DNA of 64,000 nt from Octopus vulgaris. Taxonomy: Eukaryota. The first letter of the stretch is position 1, and the number at the start of each line of letters is the position of its first letter. The translations under genes and the position numbers were made by a program. Under the pieces are notes generated by a model. That model was given only the letters and a program-made list of their open reading frames with translations. It searched no databases and was not told the origin of the DNA. Positions 41,766-57,386 of the stretch are shown piece by piece. Where the stretch lies: NCBI GenBank assembly GCA_951406725.2, contig OX597819.1, forward strand, positions 14,198,001 to 14,262,000, given 5' to 3'.

Positions 41766-42295
41766 GAGTGAGAGAGCAGCGCTTGCCATCAAAGTGACAC
41801 TGGGGTACAAATATACGAAGCCCAGTATACCCCTCATGACTACCCGTCTGATAAAGGTACACTAGGCATATGCATCACAACAAATATGTGCGTGACATGG
41901 TGATCTCATATCAAAATAAGCAGCGCATGACCCCGCCTGTGGGGCGCTGTTAGAATTTTCTTCAGGTCGATTGGCCCGTCCTGCTCAAAAGGTCCCCGAA
42001 TAAGGTTTGTTTAAGGATGTTGAACAAACCACCCATGTGCTGAATTATTCAAACCCCCAGAGACTTCCTCTCAACATATGAAGCTTTCCTACTACTCCAG
42101 CTAGTGATAAAAAATTCACATATCGTCAGCCACCAAGGGACATATTCATCATCATCATCATCAGCATCATCATTATTATTGTTGCCGAGGTCGACTTTGC
42201 CTTTCATTCTTTGGGGGTCGATAGATTAAGTATCAGTCAAGCACTCGGGTCGATGTGATCGACTTACACCTCTTGTACCTGTGGTAGAAAGATTA

Positions 42296-42495
<200 letters not shown>

Positions 42496-43095
42496 TCCAT
42501 TAGTCACTTCTTTCAACTCTGTTTCCATTTCTTGCCGAGTGTCTTCCTAACACCTAGGGCAGAGAAACGTACTGTATACATTTGTAGGCCATTAAAATAA
42601 ACACATCAAATTGTTCATTTACAAAATCATGTGACAGAGAAAAAGGGAAAGCAAGAGAGAAAAGGAAAAAATAAAAAATAGAAAAGTAAGTAAATAAAAT
42701 AAAGTGGGAAAAAGAAAGGATGTTCTTCTCAATATATGTGACGTCACAGTTAAGACAAGCTTTTGTACTTCCTGCATGGATGGTAATCCAGGGATCATTC
42801 TTAAATAATTTTCAGTTCCTTTTATGATCATTCCAAGTGCTCCTACCTACAATCACTGATATTGTAACCGTCTTGAGATGCCACATCTTTTTGATTTCGA
42901 TTAGAAGATATTTATCTTTTCTGAGCATATCAAATTCTTTTGCCGAGATATTACGGTCACAGGGTATGCTCATGTCAATCAAGAAATAGACTTTATTGCT
43001 TTTGTCTTTCACAACAATATATGGTTTATTTGCCTTGATAGTCCGGCCTCTAAATACTGGGAAGTCCCAAATAATAGTTACATTTTCTCCCTTGA
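42496..43095 (-). mobile_element. R4/Dong-like RLE non-LTR retrotransposon 3' end
   Basis: WDFPV...IKANKPYIVVKDK...LIDMSIPCDRNISAKEF...EIKKMWHLK...EVQKLVL...HILRR; flanked by (TAA)n on both sides. Confidence 0.85.
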
Positions 43096-43138
43096 TTCTC
43101 TTTACGGATTAAAATATTTGGGGGATTACATAGACAAA

Positions 43139-43699
<561 letters not shown>

Positions 43700-44024
43700 T
43701 GAGTGTTATAATTATTTGAGTGCAGCCAATATCTTGTTAGATCGGAAATGTGATTTTAAAGCACGAAAATAGCTAAAGCTATTTTCGTTCATCAGCAGAA
43801 CTGTGTAATCTGGCAAACAGGTCGAAAAGACCTGCCGCTGCTTGTTCCAAAGACCGGATTTACCGGTGTTGGTCACAAGTCATTGCTTACAGACAGAACT
43901 TTATTTCAAGAGATTTTTTTTAAAAAATCGAACATGTATCGTAGTCTCCATATTTCGTTCATGGAAGTTCTTATTTGGGAACATACTGAATCTATGATGG
44001 GTTATAGATAGATAGATAGGTAGA

Positions 44025-44306
<282 letters not shown>

Positions 44307-45828
44307 TAACATCAGCTGTTGTCTAAATGTATAGTAGTACAAGTCTATTTGTGAAATTATTACATATTCTCTGATGTCACCCACTCGCCCACAAACAATC
44401 CCAGCGTGTATTCAATGTGCTATTTCAGTCTCCCGTCACACACTTGCACTTCAGAGTTGACTGGCTGGCTGCACTGCCCCATCCTGGTCATAAAGAGCCA
44501 CTAGTCCCGAGGTACCGCCTCTGCTGCTATTCAAGTCCAAGACCGACTCACCAATAGAGTCAACAGTATCTTGAGATGAAAAACTTTTCCGGACCATCAC
44601 AGTCTCTCCCAAGAACTGGACTCAAAGATCTTCCGTTTGTCAAAGTTCAAACAACGTTACTGCATTTTGTTTCTCCGTAGAAAGCGTCTATTTGAGTCAT
44701 TACACAACAGTTTATTGTTCCCTGGAAATGTTATCAGCGTTATTCTGCTAATTTTACTTTTCACACGACCTTGCTGATATATATGGCGGCCAGTGAGATA
44801 GATTGGAACAGTTTTTCATCTGCTTTGCTTCCTGTCTTACGAACGTAGAATATAAACTCGTAGATTTTCGGTGTGGGAACTTCTTAGTGCTTTGGTCTTG
44901 TTAATAAGATACTTCAACCAGAGTTCAGTCTTATAGTTCGCCTTCAAGCTTATTTTAACAGTTTATAACGAAGTCAACAAGTCCTGCTGTTACAGTTTAT
45001 GCATACATACATACATACATACATATATACATACACACACACATACATGCATTCATATGTAATTATGTATGTACGTACGTACGTACGTATGTATATATGT
45101 ATATAGGTATGTCACATGGCTTATCTTTTCCAGGTATTTACATGTGTTTTCTTAAAGTTTACGTGTGCAGAGATAAGAAATGTTCCAGTTTTGTGTTCAT
45201 TAATAGGTTAGTGAAAAAGACTGTTGTACCACATGTTTAGTCGATGTACCTTAGCCAGAGTAAAACATTAATAAAAAAAACTACACAACTCAGGCCACGA
45301 CAAGATACTGGAAGTGTTGTTGCTCTTGTTGTTCTTCTTCTTCAACCGCCAGGTCATCCATAATAGAACAAGCCTTCATAAAATTCGTTCTAGACTTGAC
45401 CAACGTATCTTCTCTCCTATGTCCGCCCCGCCATCTTTTTTTTTTTTGCTAGTTTTTTTAAGAGAACAAAGAACAGTTTAAGGTTGTCTTAGCTACAATT
45501 TCTAGCAGGACGAGTGATCGCTTAGGTTCCACGGCCTTTTTTCAAGATGTGTAGCTCACAGTTGGGGATAACTGGACATCAGACAATCTTTGCCTGTGCC
45601 TCTTCACGTTCTCATTTCAAGTTCCACCAAAATCAATATTATTCTTGCAACATTCTAGGATCGAATCAAATGCTATCGATTCCATCGACGTACCCACTTC
45701 TCCTCCTACCTGTTATATTATTCATCTTTATCTCTTATCATTATCGCCGTTGTTTAGCACTAGATCAGCCATATTTAAACAGATAATTCCGATCACAAAT
45801 AATATAACTGTAACGATCCCGTCTTTGC

Positions 45829-46237
45829 TTTACTCTCTTTTACTCTTTTACTTGTTTCAGTCATTTGACTGCGGCCATGCTGGAGCACCGCCTTTAGTCG
45901 AGAAAATCGACCCCAGGACTTATTCTTTGTAAGCCCAGTACTTATTCTATCGGTCTCTTTTGCCGAACTGCTAAGTGACGGGGACGTAACCACACCAGCA
46001 TCGGTTGTCAAGCAATGCTAGGGGAACAAACGCATACACACACACACTTATATATATATATGTATACATATATACGACGGGCTTCTTTCAGTTTCCGTCT
46101 ACGAAATCCACTCACAAGGCATTGGTCGGCCCGAGACTATAGTAGAAGACACTTGCCCAAATGCCACGCAGTGGGACTGAACCCGGAACCATGTGGTTGG
46201 TTAGCAAGCTACTTACCACACAGCCACTCCTGCGCCT
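45829..46237 (-). mobile_element. SINE-A, full length
   Basis: Matches SINE-A. Confidence 0.9.
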
Positions 46238-46522
46238 TTATTATTATTTAAAAAAAGCTTACTTCAGACAGTGATATAGGCCTTGTTTCTTTTCTTCCTG
46301 TTCTAGAGTATGATTTGAGGAAGATCTGGTGGTTGCTATATCTATCTAACAAGTTAAGGGACTGCGGAGAGGCTTACTTCGTATGTTCTTCCACAAACTA
46401 GCCTCGTTTGCGAAATCGTTAACCCAATGGCTGCATATCGTTATAAGAACATTTCAAAAACAAACGGACAAATAAATAAAATAAATAAATAATCTGATTG
46501 AATGAATGAATGAATGAATGAA

Positions 46523-46553
<31 letters not shown>

Positions 46554-46712
46554 AAGCTTCCCTTGTCTAAACGATATCTGATGCCAATAGCGTGTCTGAT
46601 TTATGTCTTATTTCTGTGAAAACCGAACACTGACTTGTGAAATGAGGTCCGCAGACAGCTCTCAACGGCGAAAGAACACACACACACACTTACAGACAGA
46701 CAGACACACACA

Positions 46713-46816
<104 letters not shown>

Positions 46817-46921
46817 CTCTCTGTTTATTTATCAATATATTTATTGGTCACAAAGGCACAACATCTGTTTCCGACAGCGAATCTCTAATCTGATGAGCTT
46901 TATACATAAACATAAACACAC

Positions 46922-46992
<71 letters not shown>

Positions 46993-47298
46993 AAGTATGT
47001 ATACCCAGGCCACATACGTACATTCGCTTACATATATATTCGTAGATAATATATATTTACATACATACACAAATTATCATATGTATAATCAGATACCGAC
47101 CGTCCACTCACACACACACACACACACACACACATACGCACAGACACACATACTCACACACACACAATCAGAAATGTGCGTATTCCCTCAGGAAACTCCA
47201 CACAAATACATGCACATACACACACTGCACAAACGCAATGCAGAATATATGTGTGTGTACTGGTGTACATGCATACACACATTCACACATGTTTGTGT

Positions 47299-47330
<32 letters not shown>

Positions 47331-47341
47331 TTGTGTGTGTA

Positions 47342-47465
<124 letters not shown>

Positions 47466-47654
47466 TCTTTCTTAACTTTTGTGTTGCAAACACTTTGACT
47501 TTCAGAATTCTAGGTTGCATCAAGAACGGGTCAAAGTCCTGGAATCAACGCAATCTCCTCATGGCCACCCCACATCCAGCTCCACCAATTATTTTAGACT
47601 CATCAATTTATCTTCCATTCCATTAGTTTCATTCATTTCTGAAATCTTTATTAT

Positions 47655-47870
47655 TCTTTTACTCTTTTACTCTTTTACTTGTTTCAGTCATTTGACTGCG
47701 GCCATGCTGGAGCACCGCCTTTAGTCGAGCAAATCGACCCCGGGACTTATTCTTTGTAAGCCCAGTTCTTATTCTATCGGTCACTTTTACCGAACCGCTA
47801 AGTGACGGGGACGTAAACACACCAGCATCGGCTGTCAAGCAATGCTAGAGGGATAAACACAGACACACAA

Positions 47871-47933
<63 letters not shown>

Positions 47934-48099
47934 TACGACAGGCTTCTTTCAGTTTCCGTCTACCAAATCCACTCACAAGGCATTGGTCGGCCTGGGGCTA
48001 TAGCAGAAGACACTTGCCCAAGATGCCACGCAGTGAGACTGAACCCGGAACCATGTGGTTGGTTAGCAAGCTACTTACCACACAGCCACTCCTGCGCCT
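47655..48099 (-). mobile_element. SINE-A, full length
   Basis: Matches SINE-A. Confidence 0.9.
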
Positions 48100-48148
48100 A
48101 TATAAATCTGAATGTAAATCTGTTGCCGGAATCGTGTAAGCTGTAACA

Positions 48149-48404
48149 CAGTGGTTCCCAAAATGGATGGTATTGCTCCCCTAGGGGCGATGAAGAAAAA
48201 GTGGGGTTATTATAATGGGGGTAGCGATTCATGTAAAAACAAAATAATGGGTCCATTAGGTTAAGTTTTATTTGTGAAATACAGTTGCTTTGAATTTGCT
48301 TTAAAAAGGGGTCTATTCTTGTGATGGTTAGTTGGGGTGGGGTGCTAGGAATGTGGCCTGAGGTGTCAAGGGGGCGGTAGCCCGAAAAAGTTTGGGAATC
48401 ACTG
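48149..48404. mobile_element. hAT (Charlie-like) MITE
   Basis: TIR CAGTGGTTCCCAAA / TTTGGGAATCACTG; 8-bp TSD CTGTAACA / CTGTGACA. Confidence 0.85.
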
Positions 48405-48720
48405 CTGTGACAATACGAGTCGGCATAGATTTCGTTCATAAAAATCTTTCTTGGGTGTGATTAGTAGAGTATTTGTGTGTGTAGAGAGTAGTGTGTGTTT
48501 GATGAGAGTTTTCAAGGAACACTTCCGCTATTCCATCAATAAATACAAAAAAGGAAAAAAGAGAAACAGGAAAAAAACCCGTCTTCACGAAAGCCATTCC
48601 ACATAATGAAGTGTTAAAGAAGTCGCAACATTTCTGCCATCAAAGAATGATTAGTAAACTTCCAAAGTGAAAATCCATTACCAGATGCCAAGTTCCGGTC
48701 GATTGCAAGAATTTTTATGA

Positions 48721-49237
48721 CTAGCAGTATCGCCCGGCGTTGCTCGGGTTTGTAAGGGAAATAACTATATAAGCATTTTTAGAGAGTTACTTCCTTTATA
48801 GATGCCAATTCGGGCTTTCTTAGCCATTTCTGTTTTGGTGTCTTCAAGCCATGAAGTCGTTGTTCTAAAAAAACGCTGGTCTCCTTGACAACGCATTACG
48901 ACGTTGATTTCCTTACGCTCCCTTCCCCACAGCTTCACGAGGGAGGGAAGAAGGGGGAGAAGCAAAGACAGGTGCAGGTGTTTGAGCGTGGACGCCAACT
49001 CCGCCGCCATCGACACACGAAAAATTATGCATTAAAATGGAATAAAAAATGATGTTAAATTATTTTTAAAATCGTAGACTCATCGTAGACGCGCGCTAAT
49101 AGCCAGACGGGCTCGATATTAATCACGACTATAAGATACCCGGTTTTGGTTAAACTGCACCGCAAAATGTGGGAGGAGTTAGGAATCTAAATCGTAGGAG
49201 ACAGACACTCACACAACTACAGTTTTATATATATAGA
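48721..49237 (-). mobile_element. Non-autonomous Helitron
   Basis: Minus strand A|TC...CCCGagcaacgcCGGG hairpin...CTAG|T; second copy at 63570. Confidence 0.85.
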
Positions 49238-49315
49238 TTTGTGTTGTAAAATTTGTTATATATAGATATCATGTTATAGATATAAAAAAAAAGATAAATA
49301 AATCGCGCGCGTACA

Positions 49316-49353
<38 letters not shown>

Positions 49354-50567
49354 TACCTTGTATGTCTCTTTTTCTTTTCCTAAATGAGAGTAGGCTATTA
49401 TTTGAAGGTTTCTATTTCTAGGAAGTCGAGCATCCGTTTAGAAGCTTTCTCGCTATTATCGATATTATTAAGTATTCATAAAGACAGCGAGTTGGCAAAA
49501 TCGCCAGAATGTCGTAAAAATGCCACGTGACCCTTCATAAGGTCCTTCACGATCTGAATTCAAATCTCAGCCTTTTCAACAGGATGTAGAGTGGTTTTGG
49601 CTTCTACACTGTTCTGTGTAATAGATGGGTGCTCAATATTTATTGAGGTTTCCTCGCCAGAACTTGATCGTTACAACGTGAGATTACTTCATCAGGAATT
49701 TGCAATTGTGACATACATTGTATGTATATTTGGGATCTTTTCTGTTTGCTTGCCAACGGCTGCCAGCGTCAATTTTCTATCCGAATTGATTTCATATTCA
49801 GTGTAATGATACACTTTTATAGGCTAACTAATAACGTGAAGTAATTTTCGCTCTAAATTAATGAATGAAGAGTTATTAGTAATTAAAGTTTGAAAATTTT
49901 GGTGATTTTAGCCAATTGTAAGTCACAAGCACATTCATGTCTGTTTCGATAGTAACAAGTTGAAATATTAGAACTCTTTTCCCCGTTGCCATAGTAATAG
50001 TCTTTGGAAAGTCTGCGAGGAAGCACGTGTTGACAGCAGTCTTATTTACTCGTTTCTTTTTGTCATTGTGCATTGAGGTGGTTGTGAGGTGTGCTAAAAA
50101 TAACGGCTAAATAAGACTTTTTTGATAAATCTTTTAAATTAAAGTTTCTTTGCCGACATCTCGCTCAGAGATTTAAAACTGTTTCCTCTTTTAAATTAAC
50201 ATAAACATTTATTTACATGAAAGAAAATTTACCAGAGACATAACACCTGTTGTTTACAAATATTGATGACACGCGCTATTTTCAGGATGTTGACGACAAA
50301 ATGTGCAGTCGCACACAAAATGATAGCTTCCAAATCCTGTTTCCTGACGAAGTGAAAATGATCAAACTTTAAACTTCTATAACGTTTCAAAAGTATTTTT
50401 CTGAAAAAAATTAAATAACTCCAACAATTCAATTCTACTGCAGCGTGCTGTCAATAGACAAATACTATTGGATGCTATGGTTTGTCTCTGTGGATGCTAA
50501 GGTTTGTATTAATAGACAAATACTGCATTAATTTGTTTGTGGGCTATAATACTGCTGTGATAGCCTT

Positions 50568-50624
<57 letters not shown>

Positions 50625-51174
50625 AAGAGAGTTAGATATGAAAGTTCTATGAAATAGTCTGCTGTGATGTTTGTGCATACAAACATCAGAAATTATGGCA
50701 ATGCTAACTAATAAATAAATAGATAAATAAAGCAACTGAGTAAACAAACAAACAAGCAAGCAAATAAATAAAAAAATAAATAAATAAGCAGGTGATAATA
50801 GTCGTAGTGGAGTAAAACCGGAAGTTGAAATGTATTTCAGCTTAACCTTAGTTCCGGTTCTATTTGTTATATCAAGCTAATGTGTATGACGTCATTTTCT
50901 TAATATGAGGTCAGAAAAAAGAAACGAAATAAAGAAAAAAAGAAAACTAACCCAAAACTCTAATAAAAGAAGGGAAAAAAAGAACAAGAAGCGGTGACGG
51001 TAGTGGGAGGAGGAACAAAAGTACATAAATCCTCCTCCTACTACTTCTCGAGTATTTTGGCTGGTTTCCTAAAATGTTTCAATTCTTTTATATTTATACA
51101 AAAAAACAAAAAACAAAAACCAAAATGACTCTTCCAAGATTTCGTTCAAGCTGTACACGCAGCCGAGTTGAATT

Positions 51175-51947
<773 letters not shown>

Positions 51948-52324
51948 TGCTGCGACTGTCTAAGCGATTGTTTGTTACGTGATGTTCGCCTGATTGTTTA
52001 CTGTGAAGCTTAACAAGTTTCTGGAGAAGAGACAAGAGTAAAAGAGAAGAATGAAAGGTAAATAGTTGGCGTATTTCAGGTGTGAAGCATCACCGCAATA
52101 ATGCGTGTGTGTGTGTGTGTGTGTGTGTGTGGCGACTCATCATGGTGACGTTGAGAAACAAAGGAGGCCAAGGTATTATGGGACATTGCGAATAACTTCC
52201 GTTAAGTTCGTATGTACGTATTTTTGTGTAGATGTATTGTATATATGCACACACACACAAATACATTAGTGTAAATGTAGCTCTATCTAACTATATATAT
52301 ATATGTGTGTGTGTGTGTGTATGC

Positions 52325-52377
<53 letters not shown>

Positions 52378-52935
52378 CAACAATATTAAGGAATGGCTCT
52401 GATAGGCCATTCGACTCACTAGAAAGAGCAGTTAAACTCAAACCGCTAAATAGTAGTAATTCAGAAATCAAAGGAAAATTAAAAACATTTACCCTAATCA
52501 TCCTTGGACAATGCCTTGTTTCGACGTACTTTTTGGCAAACCAGCCTAATTAAATTAAACTTAATCAAGTCAATCTACCACTGGCTCGTTTCATCGGCAA
52601 GGAGGCCAGGAGGAATAAATATTCCACGAGGCAGCCGCACCGATGCCTCGGGAATATATACTCTAAATTTTCAAAATCTACCGTAATCGCGCCAACTTAT
52701 CAGCAGCAAATATAAACTGCTGATTTAATTTCAGAATTAGTAAAAAAAAATCATTAATTAATCAATATAAGGGTAGCAAAAAATTCAATAGAAATTTTTT
52801 TCGCCACCAACGATACTCACACACACACATACGGACACGTACATACTCACTTACACGCTTATGGCGGGAGATGAGTGTCTTTTCAGCGAAAACTATCACA
52901 AACTTTATCTGCAGCAGCAGTAGTAGTAGTAGTAT

Positions 52936-52967
<32 letters not shown>

Positions 52968-53071
52968 TGCTATGCTCGAAACTCTGTACTCATTAATCTC
53001 TTTCGTGTATATATGTGCATGTCTGTGTGTGTATGTGTGTTTGCGCGCGTGCACGTATGTGCACATGTTTA

Positions 53072-53150
<79 letters not shown>

Positions 53151-53162
53151 TGTGTATGCATA

Positions 53163-53489
53163 TGAAGGCACAAGACGCTCTGAAACGTGTACAACGAAAA
53201 ATTACAAAGCACGAGCACATGGAACATGAACGATTCTTTTGAAGAACGAAAGACACCAATGGAAAACAAAACAAACAACGTCAAGAAGGACCCTTCATCA
53301 GTCGTTGGCTGTTTTTCTAGTCTCGTATTTCGAGCATTTAACAACAATATATGCTTTCGATAAAACAGTTGCTCCCGCAAAGCAAATTAAATAAAATTTG
53401 GGATTTTGCGGAGGGTCACAATAGGTGACACAAACAGGTCAGTGAACACAAACAGGAAGGGCTGCTAAGCATAAACGAGGTTGTGGTAG

Positions 53490-53492
<3 letters not shown>
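53163..53492 (-). mobile_element. Copy of the 29650-29985 cassette
   Basis: Long shared blocks such as AAAGCAAATTAAATAAAATTTGGGATTTTGCGGAGGGTCA. Confidence 0.8.
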
Positions 53493-53559
<67 letters not shown>

Positions 53560-53590
53560 ATTAAACCTTGCCAAGTTAAATATTTAAACC

Positions 53591-53657
53591 AAACCTGATG
53601 AATGACTGTAACTCGAAAATTTAAAGAAATTAACAGCCATGAAACGATCGTAGTGTT
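53591..53657 (+). ncRNA. Type I hammerhead in a (TA)n-flanked cassette
   Basis: AC-CTGATGA-ATGACTGT...ACAGCCAT-GAAAC-GATC-GTA-GT; helix III palindrome ACGATCGT. Confidence 0.7.
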
Positions 53658-53872
53658 ATATTAATTATATTTTTTTAATAATATTGTTATATATTTAAAT
53701 AATATAAATTAAATAATCTTATGTATTGGCTTAAGTTTTTCATTGTATGATTTGCCTAATAGTGGTTTTTATCTCTAATTTAATATATTATAATATTTTA
53801 CTATAAAATTGGATTCAATCCTAAATCTTTCAGTTTCCGTCTACCAAATCCCTCACAAGGCATTGGTCGCCG

Positions 53873-53949
<77 letters not shown>

Positions 53950-53955
<6 letters not shown>

Positions 53956-54236
53956 TAGAAAAAACCCCACCTTTTATCAATTCAAAATGAATAATTTAAT
54001 TACACCATCTAGAAAATTACGTATATTAGAAATATTAAAATTAAAATAACAATAAAAAGTAAAGATTAAGTAAATTACAAAAATAATATAACGTATATAA
54101 TAGGTATATAATTATATTATTTTGGTAATTTACTTTTAATCTATTTATTTTTTTTTCTATTATATGTAATTTTTCTAGATGGTGTAATTTAATTATTCAT
54201 TTTGAATTGATAAAAGGTGGCTTTTTTCTAATATTT
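53950..54236. repeat. About 290-bp imperfect AT-rich palindrome
   Basis: CCACCTTTTATCAATTCAAAATGAATAAT...TACACCATCTAGAAAA is inverted at the right; inner arms also pair. Confidence 0.85.
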
Positions 54237-54555
54237 ATTATTGCGAAAACATTAAATTTTAGCCGTTGTAGGCTCTATTGTGGCATACGCCACTAGCGTG
54301 GGCGAGATTTGGACTGTTGTCCTCGTTGTGAGGGGGAAAAATATTATAGGTTTCCCGTTTTTCCTTTGATTCTATATTTTATTGTCAAAAATAAATGAAT
54401 TTCGAACGTTGTAGGCTTTGTTGCTACGTCTTGACCCCCCACCCAGCAGGGGTGGGATTTGAACTGTTGTCCTCGTTAAGAGAAAAAAAAAGTAAAAAAA
54501 TTATAGGTTTCCCTTTTTCTGGGATTAAATTGTGTATCATTTATTTCGAACGAAA

Positions 54556-55930
54556 ATGTCGGTCGAAATAATCCAAGAAACGAACCAGCTGCATGAGCCA
54601 GCAAAAAAGTTCGCGGCAGTTGCCGCTGTGTCATCAAACAATATTATAATTGAAACGGAGAAGCTCTTCGAGCTTTTTGAGAGAATGAAAGAGGAGGGTG
54701 GGGATATAAAGATCTCACCCTCCCCTAGTGAAAATGTGAAGAGAAAGACAGTCGTTTACAAAACGTACTGTCCTTCATCGAAGAAATTCAAGCACTTCGA
54801 AAAGTGCGAAATAGAAAAATGCCTGGCCCCTATATGGAAATATATAAAATACATAACGAGGGGCCGGGCATATGGAACAATAGAGGCCAGATTTGAGACG
54901 GCCGAAAAAGCCCAAGAGCACTCAGTGAGTGCTCTGAAAAGGAAGGTGGTGCTGCTCCCAACATACATGGGAAGGAGAACAGCACGCGTCCGAATAAACG
55001 ATGTACCACCAGAAATTGAGGCAAGGGAGGTGATGGCCGCCCTGTTGTATAACAGGACGGACAAAATCACCTTCCTCCAAATTACATGCACTGCCCCACA
55101 AAATTGGCAAGGGCAGAGCATCTCTGCGATTATTCAAGGAACGCCACAAGACATCGAAATGTTGCCAGAAAATGCTCTTGGGGGAAGATATTGCCCTCAA
55201 GATTCAAGTAGAGGGCAAAAAGCCCACGTGTTTCGAATGTGGCAAAAAAGGCCACATTCGCGTAGAATGTGAAATGTGAAAAAAAAAGAAAATAAGTGCG
55301 CAGACATCAGACCCTTCAACTACAGAAAAAGACCCCAAACCCGCACACAAATTAGTCCCCACAGAAACAAATACTTCCACCCCACCATCTGTAGCACCCA
55401 AAAACCCTAGGCCATGCACACACCGGTCCCGACAGAAACAACTGCACCCACCCCCTCTGAAGTAACATCTCCTCTGGAAGACACCATGGAGGTGACTGAG
55501 GGGGAGTTCAAGACACCCAGAAAAAAAAAACACATGCACCTTCCCCATCCATATCCACCACAAAGAAAAAAGAAGAAAAACAGCACACCACAGAAAAAAA
55601 GATCCCGCTTCACTGTCCCAGAAGAGAAAATAAAAAAGAACAAAGACGGAACAAAAACCCTGGTAAAGTTTGATACCAGGGATAAATATATTATGGACAT
55701 TTTTAAAAAGCACCACACCGTGGAGCTGTTGCAGCAGCCCGAAAGCACGGAAGAGAGATGTGCGTGGATATCAGAAAAATTGTATAATGAAATGAAGGGT
55801 AGGCATCCGAGGACCATCACGAACATCCCGGACCTTCCGCGGTATTTTAAGGAGTTTTTGAAGGAGCAGAAGGAAAAGACTGCCTCATGTGTGGTGAGGT
55901 CATTATTATTTGTGATTCTGAAGAGAATTA
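54556..55930 (+). pseudogene. gag/ORF1-like protein of a non-LTR element (L1/Tx1-like), frameshifted
   Basis: RRM-like region (RVRINDVPPEI) then, in another frame at about 55230-55270, a CCHC knuckle CFECGKKGHIRVEC; low-complexity Pro/Thr/Lys region follows. Confidence 0.75.
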
Positions 55931-56045
55931 CTAGGCTTACAAAGAATAAGTCCTGGGGTCGACTCGTTCGACTAAAACGTGGTGCTCCAGCATGGCCCCC
56001 GTCAGATGACTGAAACAAGTAAAAAAAAATATAAGAATAAAAGAA
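55929..56045 (+). mobile_element. SINE-A tail
   Basis: Matches SINE-A 3' end. Confidence 0.85.
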
Positions 56046-56632
56046 TAAACGGAATGGTCACAAATGGAAGGCTTTTGGTGATACGCTGACTGATCCAAAT
56101 AGATGGAAACAAAAACAATACAATATCAACAACAACGGCAACAATAAAAACAATAAAAACTATCAATAACAACAGCAGCAGCAGCAGCCCTCCATCCACC
56201 AACAACAGCAACAACAACAACAACACTAATTCTCCTTAGAATCACAAATAATAAGGAGCGCACGTGCTGGTCAGCTGCCCTTTTCAAAACCAGTAGATTG
56301 TCCACAATCCACAATGACCGGAAATGGTTTGTTTATTGAATTAAAGAAATATACGAACAATGCATGCATGCATGCCACCACACCCCACATCATCATACCC
56401 TGCCTTCCCGATCCTGATTCCACCCCGTCAGAACAAGCAAAGGAAATAAATAAGGGTAAACAAAAACAAACTTAGCAAAAAAAAGAACAGAATGAAAAAA
56501 AAAAAGTGAATCGTTGATTGAAAGCGAAAAAACAAAACATTGAAAGTTGTTTCAATTAAAAGCGAATGATTTCGTGGGTGGCTTTGTTCAGTGGACCGGA
56601 AGAGAGAAGATACTTGGGACAAAATAGGTCTG

Positions 56633-57386
56633 TATACATACATACATACATACATACATGCACTCATACATACATACATACATACATACATACATACATA
56701 CATACATACATACATAACATGCATACATACATACATGCATGCATGCATGCATACATACATACATACATACATACATGCATGCATGCATACATACATACAT
56801 ACATACATACATACATACATACATACATACATACATACATACATACATACATACATACATACATACATACATACATACATACATACATACATACATACAT
56901 ACATACATGCATACATACATACATGCATGCATGCATGCATACATACATACATACATACATACATACATGCATACATACATACATACATACATACATACAT
57001 ACATACATACATACATACATACATGCATACATACATACATACATGCATGCATGCATACATACATACATACATACATACATACATACATACATAACATGCA
57101 TACATACATACATACATGCATGCATGCATGCATACATACATACATACATACATACATACATACATACATACATACATACATACATACATGCATGCATACA
57201 TACATACATACATACATACATACATGCATACATACATACATACATACATACATACATACATACATAAATACATACATACATACATACATACATACATACA
57301 CACGCATACATACATACATACATACATACATACATACATACATACATACATACATACACACATACATACATACATACATAAATACA
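56633..57386. repeat. (CATA)n
   Basis: Direct reading. Confidence 0.95.

Noticed and set aside
41767-42142. Complex island between (ATT)n and (ATC)n, possibly a retroelement UTR
   Set aside because: Single copy in window with no diagnostic motif; cannot be assigned without a library search.
46890-46900. CTGATGAG
   Set aside because: Isolated motif without helices or GAAA.
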